From Folioceros fuciformis (lineage: Eukaryota): 64,000 bases of DNA. This document shows, piece after piece, positions 11,056 through 20,779 of the stretch. The notes under the pieces are model-generated. The model searched no databases. It was not told the origin of the DNA and saw only the letters and a list, made by a program, of their open reading frames with translations. Numbering within the stretch: the first letter of the stretch is position 1; each line of letters starts with the position of its first letter. Where the stretch lies: positions 199,775 through 263,774 of the forward strand of contig JBNGIO010006185.1 in the NCBI GenBank assembly GCA_049999805.1, in the 5' to 3' direction. The translations under genes were made by a program, and so were the position numbers.

Positions 11056-13833
11056 TCAGGAAGGTAAGGGTGTATGACTGGATCCAACCTTAGTTTCTTC
11101 ATGTTGCAGAACAGCTGTTTCAGCCACATGTATGTCCTCAATCTCAGGGTGTTTCCTGTCGCCTACCGAAAAGCTATGCACCAGTCCATCCAGGTCTGTC
11201 CAGCAGCTCTGCCCTGGCTCCTTCCATGCCCCGATTTCGATTCTCCTCGCGTGCATTTCCTCTGCCTGCTCCCACATCTGGGCATCGGAGTATATCCTGG
11301 ACATCAACACATAGGCTGATGCATCTTTCTTGTCGAGCTTCACTGCTTCATGGAAAGCCCGGCGTCCCACCTTCACGTTGCACCACTTTCGACAAGCTCC
11401 TAACAGAGTGTGCCAAATTGCAGCCGTAGGCAGGACAGGCATTGCCGTTACCAGGCAAAGAGCCTCGTCTACATGGCCTGCACGGCCGAGGAGATCCACC
11501 ATGCACGTGTAGTGCTCCACCGCTGGAGGGATGCCATAATTTTTGCTCATGGCCTCAAAGTACTCTTGCCCCGTGGTCACCAGGCCTGTGTGGCTGCATA
11601 CCGTGAGGACACTAAGGAAGGTGAGGGTGTCCGGCTGGATGCCATCCTGCCTCATTCTGCAAACCAAGTTAAGGACCTCTTCGCTGTCGCCCACACGGGT
11701 GTATCCTGCAATAAGCGCACTCCAGCTTACGACATCTCGGTGGGTCAACGCATCAAACACCTGCTGTGCATCAATCATGCTCCCTGACTTAGCATACATG
11801 TTGATCAGACTGTTGCCTACGTTTGCATCGGTGTGAAACCCTCGATCTGCAATCTGTGCATGAAGCTGCCTCCCCACATCCAAAGCTGCCATACTCGCGC
11901 ATGCCTGCAGGAGGCACATAAACGTGACGGCATCAGGTGGAGAAGCACCTTCCTCTCCCATAGCACTGTATAGGTGAAGGGCTTCCAAGCCCAAGCCCTG
12001 CAGGGCATATCCTGCTATCAGGGCAGTCCACGTCACCAAAGTCTTGTAATGCATATTGTCAAACACGTTCCGTGCATCCTCTAAACTCCCACACTTTGCA
12101 TACATGTTTACTAGGCTTCCGCCGACAACTGCATCAGATTGGAGTCCTCGTTCTCGAATTTGCACGTGAAGCTGCTTCCCCTTCTCCAAAGCTGAGGTGC
12201 CCAGACTTGCACATGCTTGTAGGAGGCATATGAATGTCACAGAATCGGGTCCAGCTGTGCCCTCTTCCTCCATGGCCCTGTAAAGACTCAGGGCTTCGTC
12301 ACCCATGCCCTGCTGGGCATAGCCTGCTATCAGGGCATTCCACATCACCACACCCTTCTCACCCAGTCCATCAAACACAGCCCGAGCATTTTCCGGGCTG
12401 CCGCACTTTGTATACATGCTCACCAAACTGGTAGCTACAAAGGCGTCAGCCTGTAGCCCTCGTTCTCTGATTCGCGCATGAAGCTCCGTCCCCTTACTCA
12501 AGCCCGCGGAGCCCATACTCGCACATGCTCGCAAGAGGCACACGAAAGTCACATGATCAAGTCCGGCAACACCATCTTCTCCCATGTTGCAGTACAGACG
12601 AAGGGCCTCCTCTCCCATGCCCTGCTGCAAATACCCTGCTATCATGGCGGTCCATGTCACCACATTTTTTTGAGAAAGTCCGTCAAACAAGCCTCTAGCA
12701 TCCTCCACGCTGCCACACTTGGCATACATATTCACCAGGCTCCCACCCACAAGCACGTCACCCTCAAGTCCGTGTCCCCTAATCTGCGTATGAAGCTGTT
12801 TCCCTTTCTCCAAAGCTGGGGCGCCCACACTTGCACACGCCTGCAGGACACACACAAATGTGATAGCATCAGGCGTAGCCAAGCCTTCCTCCTCCATAGC
12901 ACTGAAAAGACTGAGAGCTTCCCGACCCATGCTCCGCTGTGAATATCCTGCTATCATGGCATTCCACGTCACCACATTCTTTTGTGCAAGTCCATCAAAC
13001 ACTCTTTGCGCCTCTTCCAAGCTCCCGCACTTCGCATACATGTCCACCAGCCCACTAGAAACGAACACATCCGGCTGAACCCCACCATCCATCATATCAG
13101 CATGCACCTGCTGCCCCGATTTCAAGTCCCCTCCTCGTGCACAAGCCTGAAGAGCTGCTACAAACACATGCCCGTCTGGCTTCACACTTGACCTCCGCAT
13201 CCTCTGGTACAGCTGTACGGCCTCTTCATCTCCCCCATGCCTGACATGCGCCGAAATTATAGCAGACCAGGTGAAGGCGTCTGGTCTGGAGACCACTTCA
13301 AACACATCCATCGCTTCTTGCAGCAGGCCGTGCGAGGAATACATCCGGATGATATGGTTACACAAGAACGTATTCGACCCGTACCCATCCTTCACGGCCA
13401 GGGCATGCACACGGCGACCAAGCTCCAGGTCCCTCTCAACCGCGCACCTCTTCAGAACAGCATAAAAAAGAAACTGTGAAACTCCACACCCTGTCTGCAC
13501 CAGAAGCCCCAAACCCTCAACAGCCTCGCCGAGCAGTCCATGCTGACAAAGCTGGTTCACGAATTCAGTCGTCAAGCCACTTCCGTACCCGGCACGCCTT
13601 GCAGAGTCACTACGATCCCGCCCGCTCCAGCTGGACGCAAGAGGCGCAAGAAAACCCGTCTGCACATGCACGACCGGCTCCTCCAAAACAGAAGAGCCAT
13701 CTAGCCATACTCCTATCAGCCGTGGTCCTCCACAGGACTTCCTCCCGCACACCGCACCCGAACCCCAGGGTGCCTCAAACCCTGTCCACAACGACGCCAT
13801 CCATAGGTTAGCATGCCTGCAATCTGCAGGCAT
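11056..13833 (-). CDS. PLS-class PPR protein with E1/E2 and partial E+ (PG/WW-like box), no DYW domain; single exon; start codon uncertain
   Basis: Repeated P-L-S triplets (LVNMYAKCGS..VVTW.A.IAGY..VTF.CLLQACAS), HYTCMVDLLGRAG, and WKEPGQSCWTDLDGLVHSFSVGDRKHP. Confidence 0.93.
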   Translation of the reverse strand: MPADCRHANLWMASLWTGFEAPWGSGAVCGRKSCGGPRLIGVWLDGSSVLEEPVVHVQTGFLAPLASSWSGRDRSDSARRAGYGSGLTTEFVNQLCQHGLLGEAVEGLGLLVQTGCGVSQFLFYAVLKRCAVERDLELGRRVHALAVKDGYGSNTFLCNHIIRMYSSHGLLQEAMDVFEVVSRPDAFTWSAIISAHVRHGGDEEAVQLYQRMRRSSVKPDGHVFVAALQACARGGDLKSGQQVHADMMDGGVQPDVFVSSGLVDMYAKCGSLEEAQRVFDGLAQKNVVTWNAMIAGYSQRSMGREALSLFSAMEEEGLATPDAITFVCVLQACASVGAPALEKGKQLHTQIRGHGLEGDVLVGGSLVNMYAKCGSVEDARGLFDGLSQKNVVTWTAMIAGYLQQGMGEEALRLYCNMGEDGVAGLDHVTFVCLLRACASMGSAGLSKGTELHARIRERGLQADAFVATSLVSMYTKCGSPENARAVFDGLGEKGVVMWNALIAGYAQQGMGDEALSLYRAMEEEGTAGPDSVTFICLLQACASLGTSALEKGKQLHVQIRERGLQSDAVVGGSLVNMYAKCGSLEDARNVFDNMHYKTLVTWTALIAGYALQGLGLEALHLYSAMGEEGASPPDAVTFMCLLQACASMAALDVGRQLHAQIADRGFHTDANVGNSLINMYAKSGSMIDAQQVFDALTHRDVVSWSALIAGYTRVGDSEEVLNLVCRMRQDGIQPDTLTFLSVLTVCSHTGLVTTGQEYFEAMSKNYGIPPAVEHYTCMVDLLGRAGHVDEALCLVTAMPVLPTAAIWHTLLGACRKWCNVKVGRRAFHEAVKLDKKDASAYVLMSRIYSDAQMWEQAEEMHARRIEIGAWKEPGQSCWTDLDGLVHSFSVGDRKHPEIEDIHVAETAVLQHEETKVGSSHTPLPS

Positions 13834-14278
13834 TCTGACCAACCCGTCCGACTACTCCCGTGCAAGTCGCTGTCCAGCTCGAGCATCCCCAATAGTCCTT
13901 GGCCCCGTCTGCATGCTACTCCACTGGAGAGCTTCCCCCGGCTCAAACAAAGCATTGTGCGCTGCGATACGGGCTGGCAGGCTTCTCCCTACCCGGCAAG
14001 CTGCAATGAGACGTGGTGTGAAACGCGTCGTGGATTCGCATCCCATCGGAGACGATGAACGACCGTGCCACAGGGTCGGGCGTTGGGTACACTCCACCTT
14101 GTGTTCAGCTAATAACAGGTGAATACTAAATGAAAGTTTTAATTCAGATATAAATCTTACAGGCAGGTACATCAGTATGTAGACGACATGGGAGTCGAAT
14201 TTGAAGGACGGCCAATTCCATCTAAACTAGTCTAGGTACCTCGGGGAACAACTTGGTTCTGTCGTGTTGGTTTCGGCC

Positions 14279-15715
14279 ATGGCGGACAGACCGCACCTAC
14301 TGGTGTATGCCTTGAGAGGAGGGTTAGAAGGAGCTATCAGCGCGCCGAACAACGGATTCTTGAATCCAGCAATATGGAGCGCGCTTCCGGCCGATGTCTT
14401 GGAAATGGTGCTGCTTGTCCTGCCCCGTGGAGTCCAGCACAGGTTCCGTGTGGTTTGCAAGAAGTGGCTTGCACTGCTGACCTCTCCAAAATTCCTCCGG
14501 CTGAGCGAATCTTTGGCCCCTCGTCCTGCTGCTCCTCTGGTTTGTGGCTTCGAGTACTGGAACGGAGTGGAACCGGAGACACGGATGTCCAGTCCCAACC
14601 CTAACAGTCTGTGGACCAGATCATCCTTTTGTGAATCAGCTCTTGGCAAAGCGTACAGGTTGGACCTGTCATACCTTCCCCAGAAATTTCACAACTGGTT
14701 TGAAATGTGGAGTGCTGCTGACAAGAGGGTGGTGCAGCTGTGGCGTGACTCTTCGTCTCAGATTTGTGGCTCTGTAGGAGGATTGATCTACCTACTCAAT
14801 GAGGACATTGAATGCGAACTTGTAGGACAGCGTATTTTATCCGTATGTGTGTTGAATCCTTTCACCAGAACATGGAGGGAGCTTCCACCGCTGCTTATTT
14901 ACACAGATTGGACCTACTGGACGGTCAAGCTGGAGGTTGACGAACCTGATGGCAATGGCTTTAGGTTCACTGCTGTATGCGGATCTTGTGTCGTGTACAC
15001 AGATTTGGGGGCACCTTTCAACTGGAGCGTGTATGTTTACAGCTCTGCCGAGGGAAAGACTGGCTGGGAGGTTACCATGGGGCAGCCATCGAGTGAATGG
15101 TGCATGTTTCACGTGCTGGCAGAAGGTTGGATTTATGGGCTGGCAGGAGATTTGATGTATGGTTACCTGATTTCAACCGACCGGCTGACTGCTCACAGCC
15201 TGCTCGATGGTCGTCTTGTTGCAAGGGATAGCGATCCAAGTGCACTTGAGCGTGCATTTTCCCTGGACGAAAGGATCGGTTCCGCTTCCCCTACATGCGT
15301 CCCCACGCCATCTCTGTTAGAGCATCTGGGAGCACTGTATCTGGTAAGAGCTTTTGTCGATCCCCAAGAAGAGTGGCAGATAGGAATCTGGAAGCTCGAT
15401 CGGGATATATCGGCGATGCAATGGGAGCTCAGGTCAGTGTTCCCTCGTGGGCTAGTGGAATTTAGGGAAGGCACCAGAGAGTCATATTTGCCTGTGGAGA
15501 GTTTCGACGCCGTCGTTATCGGCGACGAAATTTTTTTCATGCTGCCAGTCAGGCACAGATGTTGCAATGCGGGTCCTGATGTATCGTCCAGTTTGGTGGC
15601 TTTCAACCTGCGGGATGATTCTTGGCAGTTGGTGACTGAGAAAGTGATAATTCTTAATCCGGCAAGTGGCCGAAGCCACGGTCTGCTTGAACCTAAATTC
15701 AATGTGTGGATTTGA
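14279..15715 (+). CDS. F-box protein with F-box-associated/kelch-like C-terminus, intronless
   Basis: IWSALPADVLEMVLLVLP...RFRVVCKKW F-box; GGLIYL...VLNPFTRTWRELPPL. Confidence 0.88.
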   Translation: MADRPHLLVYALRGGLEGAISAPNNGFLNPAIWSALPADVLEMVLLVLPRGVQHRFRVVCKKWLALLTSPKFLRLSESLAPRPAAPLVCGFEYWNGVEPETRMSSPNPNSLWTRSSFCESALGKAYRLDLSYLPQKFHNWFEMWSAADKRVVQLWRDSSSQICGSVGGLIYLLNEDIECELVGQRILSVCVLNPFTRTWRELPPLLIYTDWTYWTVKLEVDEPDGNGFRFTAVCGSCVVYTDLGAPFNWSVYVYSSAEGKTGWEVTMGQPSSEWCMFHVLAEGWIYGLAGDLMYGYLISTDRLTAHSLLDGRLVARDSDPSALERAFSLDERIGSASPTCVPTPSLLEHLGALYLVRAFVDPQEEWQIGIWKLDRDISAMQWELRSVFPRGLVEFREGTRESYLPVESFDAVVIGDEIFFMLPVRHRCCNAGPDVSSSLVAFNLRDDSWQLVTEKVIILNPASGRSHGLLEPKFNVWI

Positions 15716-15943
15716 TCACAAAAAGGCCTTCGCGTCTCAGTGAACCAGGCAATGGCCCTTTAGAAAGGGCACTGTAGAAGATTTTGCTACCGCTTCCTGC
15801 GAGTTACAGACAACAGACGCTGGGTGATACCCAAGAGTCTGCAGATACGAGACCTGTTCAGTTGAGTTGAGCAATGGTGGTTGGAACCTATGACAATGTG
15901 TGCCTTGCTAGCCGTGCGGCACTGATTCCAGTTCACCGCCCTG

Positions 15944-17802
15944 TCACTTGGCAGCCGCAACCATTGCTATCCTTGCATGTGTGAAAGCACTGATCACCGC
16001 AGCCAGTTGGAGCTTCTCCGAAGTTCCTGAGGCTAATCTGTACCTGATACAATAGAGGCAAACTTTATAAGATAACATAGCGAGAGGAAGCTCCGCACAA
16101 AGTGACCAAACATTTTCCACCAACCACAGACCAACGCTTACTCGGTATCAGCCAGTGCGTCCATAATCTCAACTCTAATATCCTGTGGCATATTTACACG
16201 GAAAACAAACCTGCAGACATCCACGGTTAGAGACTGACACCAAGGCAGTGGCAAGTCTTAAGGAGAGAAAAACCCCGGACACATTCTCCAAAACTCACAG
16301 CTGAAGATCCTTAATGATGTCGACTAAAGCAAAACCCTTGTGAACCTTCATTTCCGAAATCTCTGATGCAAATCAAGGAAGGAATCTGTTTGGAACGCTT
16401 TCAAGACCAGAACATGCAGGTCTACACGAAAACAGGGGCAGCAAGTGTCACCACTGGATACTTGTGTACGCATCACTGAATGGCTCATTCAGCAACCAAT
16501 GAGCGATCTGTTCTATATCCTTAGGCATGGGGTTGCCTGTACACAGATACACATCTTCTTCTGTAACATGCTCGCTTGCCATGTGCACTGACTGTGCAAT
16601 GAAACAAGAGGGATGGATCATCAGCAGCTGGAACGCTGAGGTACATGAACACCACATCACAGAAAGAAATGACCATCACCTGCAGTATGTTGAGCGCTTT
16701 TCGCATGTCCCCGTTGCAAAGACGACTGACAGCTTCCACAGCACTGTCTGTGATGTCTAAACTGAACTCACATCAGGAACATCACCTCAGTATCTGAAAG
16801 GTTAAGGTGAAGCAACTACAGCTTCTTTTCTGCTAATGGAAGCCAAACTTCACGTACCTCTCTCGGTTGCTGACAAAATGCAACCGTTCACGAACATATT
16901 GTTGATCAAGGGGCGGGAAGCGGAATCGAGTACATCGAGATTGCAAAGCTGGGATGATTTTGCTCACATGGTTGCATATAAGGCAAAACCTCGTCTTCCT
17001 CGTATACTTCTCGATAACTGCGGAGGCAATTGGACACCACAGTTTAGCTCGGGAGTCAAGTGATCTATCTACAACATGCAAACACGAAGTGTGACACGAG
17101 TGTGATTATTACTTCTACGGAGAGCAAATTGTGCATCTTTGGTCATAGCATCTGCTTCGTCCAAAATGACCAGCTTAACATTTGCGTTGGTACTGCCATG
17201 AAGAGAAGAGACATCCAGGACAAACAATATCAGAAAACAAGTCTGCAACGCATCAGGAAACCCCTACTGCCTGGGCATCCAAATTCCGCACACTCACCCA
17301 AAGCCCATGCGCTGAGTGCTGGCAAAGTCCTGTATTTGCTGACGGACAACATCAATTCCACGTTCATCGGAAGCATTGAGCTCAAGAATTTTGCTCTGAA
17401 ACTCTGAGCCATGCAGCTTCCTTGCCACTGCCAATATAGTGGATGTCTTGCCGGTCCCCGGTGGACCATAAAGCAACAGATGTGGAAGACTATTCTCATT
17501 CGTCAGCCTACCAACTGTGGATCAGAATAAGACGGGAGTCAGAAAGGCAGACATCACAATCTCATTCCCCTTAGCTTACGAGACTAAGCAAGCAATGCCA
17601 TACACAATTCGTGCCCATGCATACTTGTGTCCACGATATCTTTGTGAGCTGCAACGTCTGCTAACGACGCCGGTCTGTACTTCTCAACCCAGGGCGCGGT
17701 CTTGTCTTCCCCCGAGGCGAACGCTATTGCCTTTCCCTTGGTTCCACCCCTTCCTCCAGCACTGCCAAGCTGGGGCTCATCCACATCCATAGCTGTGGCC
17801 AT
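15944..17802 (-). CDS. RFC3: Replication factor C small subunit (yeast Rfc3 / human RFC5 type), about 9 exons
   Basis: [16 protein letters not shown] Walker [44 protein letters not shown], terminal exon [18 protein letters not shown]. Junctions are GT-AG. Confidence 0.95.
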
Positions 17803-18456
17803 CCTTCTAAACCCCAAACTGTCTCCTCTCCAATTCGAGCTATCACCGACCTAGAGTTCAGCTGGAGAACTTTCTATTTGGTACCCGCAAGACGCAAGCA
17901 CGCCAAGGTGAAGGGATGGTGCCGCAACCGCAACAAAGAATTACGAACATCCTTCATCCGCGCGAGAGCATTCTGGAGGGGTGCACCAAAGGGTGCTCTG
18001 CAAACAGCCACCAAATGCCCAGAATAAAAGCCTCCGGTTCGTACAGCCCGGAGAGAATGCTACCAAGGATGCCGTCCCTTCCCTTGCAGAGAGCAGAGGG
18101 AAAGCGCGGGAGAGCACTTAGTCCACGCAACGCTTTTACAGTTAACCTAATTAGGTTGCTAACGTTAGCACATTACAAAGTGAATGGAGCTGAGGTAACT
18201 TAAACATAAGGCACCCGCACTTTCAGGTCGTTTATGGAGAGTTCCTCCGTTGGTAGAATGGAAAGGCCGGCCACAGCTTGCGGGGGTTACAAAATGGGTA
18301 GATTTCGAGCCCGACTTCCTTTCACACAGGCGTGGCCATAGAAGGCAGCCCCACTCGTTTGCCCGACTCTTGCGTATCCTGCGAGCAGTCGACATTTCAG
18401 ACGCGGGGAATGTCCACCTTTACGTACCGGTACCCTCACGCAAGGAGGAAAATGTG

Positions 18457-20700
18457 TCAAATGCGATCTCCGCATGAACAAGACCCCGCCAGGAATGTAT
18501 GTACTCTGTGAGCATCCCGGACAATGATTTCTCGCTTCTCGAGGCGCGACATCACCTTGGTGCTACTGTGGCAATCATCGCACATGCGAAGATTTTTGGT
18601 GACTAGCAAGGTGGCACCATCTGGTGTGTTGAGCAAACCATACGCCAAGGCAAGCTTCTCTGCATGTCCACACAACGCATCCTCCTTTTCCTGCTCAGAC
18701 ACGGCCTTCAGCACCAACTGTGTATGTGGAACATGGCCCCCTTCCTCCTTGAGCCTCATATTAACGTCTCTCAGCTTGGGCTTGATGTCAGACCTCTCTT
18801 CCCCTACCGTGAACTCGTGCACCTGGCTTTGCAATTCAATGCATGCCTTGGCAGCTTTCTTCACAGCGCCGGCTCGTTTCCTCAAGTTTTCTATCTGCTC
18901 CACCTCCTTCCACCTGCCTGCGTTGGCATAAATGTTCCCCAACAGGGAATATGAACTTGCATCATGAGGTGCCAATTGAACGAGGTGGTCGAAACACCGT
19001 CGCCCTCGCTCTACGTCACCATAGCTCTTGCAAGCAGCCAGCAAAGCTGTCCAGCCCACGTCATTGGCACGTGCCCTACTCCGCAACATATCCTCCGCCT
19101 TGTCCAGATGGCCTGCACGACCGAGGAGGTCCACCATGCATATGTAATGCCGATCTGCTGGCTTGATGCCATGGTCCTGCATCATAGTGAAGAACCGATG
19201 CCCCTCCTGCACCAGCCCAGCGTGACTGCATGCCACCAAGAGGGCAGTGAAAGTTGTATCGTCAGGCTGAACACCCTGCTGCAACATCTCTTCAAAGCAC
19301 CGAATCGCCTTGTGGACGTCGCTGTGCACAGCGTACCCATTGACGAGGGCATTCCAAGTCACCACATCTCTTCTGGGCAAACTGGCAAACACTTCGCAGG
19401 CCTGGTCCATACTCCCGCACTTCGAGTACATGTCCACCAGGCAACTGCCGATGAAGACATCACTTTCCAGACCTTTAGTTCGAATCTGCGAGTGAAGCTG
19501 CATCCCCTGCTGCAGCGCTCCCACACTGGCACATGCCTGTAAAAGAGACACAAATGTGACATCATCAGCTGGAGTTTTGCCCTCGTGTTGCATACTCGAA
19601 TACAAAGCCAGAGCTTCTCGCCCTTGCCCCTTCCGAGAATATCCTGCTATCAAGGCATTCCACGTCACCACATCCCGTCTGGGCAAGCCGTCAAAAACCT
19701 TGCGAGCATCATCCAAGCTGCCACACTTAGCATACATATTCACCAAGCTGTTGCCAACGAAAACATCGGCCTCTACAGCACCGGCCCGGATGTCACCATG
19801 CACCTCCTTGCCGGCAGCCAAATCCTCTGCAGAGGCACACGCCGTAAGAGCTGCTACAAAGACATGGTTGTCCGGATCAACGCCTGTACCTGATTCTTTC
19901 ATCTGCCGATAGAAATCCATTGCCTGCTTAGGCCTTCCGTGTCTGGCATGCGCCGAAATGATGGAAGACCACATGTAAACATCTGGCGTAGTGACACCTC
20001 TGAACGCCTGCACAGCTTCCTCCAGTTTGCCGTGAGCCGCATACATACCAATCACATGATTAGCCAAGAACTCACTCGACCCCAACCCCCTGGTCAGAGC
20101 AAGAGAATGCACGCGCCTCCCGCAACCAAGATCCTTGTCCGCCACGCATCTTTTGAGCACTCGGTAGAAAAGAGTGCGGCTCACATAACATCCCCGCTGC
20201 ACAAGTTCATCCAAGGCGTCCACAGCTTCCCTTAGCTCCGCCTTCTCACAGCGTGTGACCAGATCCCGAACCAGCAAATCCTCGTCTGCATCTCCGACTC
20301 GTGATCTAGCCAAGTGCGGCAGCTCCACCAAATACCACGCCTCCTCCGCAACCTTCCCCGCATCACCAGGCACCCAGGCGGGCCTGAGATCATTGTCCAG
20401 CCACAGCGGCTCGTTGGAGGTTTTGTGCCTGAAGTCGGGATGGTGCGGGCTCTTCTTGCCAGACCTGTTGTCCCACCAGTGTGACGGATTTGAAAAGAAG
20501 TGATGCCACAAGAGCTCCTGCCGCGCTCTCTCCGGGATAAGCCCACCCTCCGTCCAGCTGCTTCCATGATGAGAGGGGGGGGAAGCGACCGAGCTTGAAC
20601 CACATCGCACATGGCCGCCAGAGGCGTTACGAATCACACATTCTGCACTCATCCAGGAAGAAGAGGGCGTGGTGCTCTGCATTTCGCACCACTGTCGCAT
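18457..20700 (-). CDS. PLS-class PPR protein with DYW:KP-type deaminase domain (ends DRI) and an N-terminal OSB-like PDF motif; candidate U-to-C editing factor
   Basis: PLS repeats and E domains, KKAAKACIE in place of the PG box, CGHAEKLALA, KNLRMCDDCH, CSCGDRI*. The ORF extends to an ATG at 20802 that lies inside the LINE. Confidence 0.93.
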   Translation of the reverse strand: MRQWCEMQSTTPSSSWMSAECVIRNASGGHVRCGSSSVASPPSHHGSSWTEGGLIPERARQELLWHHFFSNPSHWWDNRSGKKSPHHPDFRHKTSNEPLWLDNDLRPAWVPGDAGKVAEEAWYLVELPHLARSRVGDADEDLLVRDLVTRCEKAELREAVDALDELVQRGCYVSRTLFYRVLKRCVADKDLGCGRRVHSLALTRGLGSSEFLANHVIGMYAAHGKLEEAVQAFRGVTTPDVYMWSSIISAHARHGRPKQAMDFYRQMKESGTGVDPDNHVFVAALTACASAEDLAAGKEVHGDIRAGAVEADVFVGNSLVNMYAKCGSLDDARKVFDGLPRRDVVTWNALIAGYSRKGQGREALALYSSMQHEGKTPADDVTFVSLLQACASVGALQQGMQLHSQIRTKGLESDVFIGSCLVDMYSKCGSMDQACEVFASLPRRDVVTWNALVNGYAVHSDVHKAIRCFEEMLQQGVQPDDTTFTALLVACSHAGLVQEGHRFFTMMQDHGIKPADRHYICMVDLLGRAGHLDKAEDMLRSRARANDVGWTALLAACKSYGDVERGRRCFDHLVQLAPHDASSYSLLGNIYANAGRWKEVEQIENLRKRAGAVKKAAKACIELQSQVHEFTVGEERSDIKPKLRDVNMRLKEEGGHVPHTQLVLKAVSEQEKEDALCGHAEKLALAYGLLNTPDGATLLVTKNLRMCDDCHSSTKVMSRLEKREIIVRDAHRVHTFLAGSCSCGDRI

Positions 20701-20779
20701 ATCTCCTCGGATTCTACGACATCGACACCACTGCGGGGCGGGCTTCCTGTCTCCGCGATTGAATTCAAGATGTCCAGCA

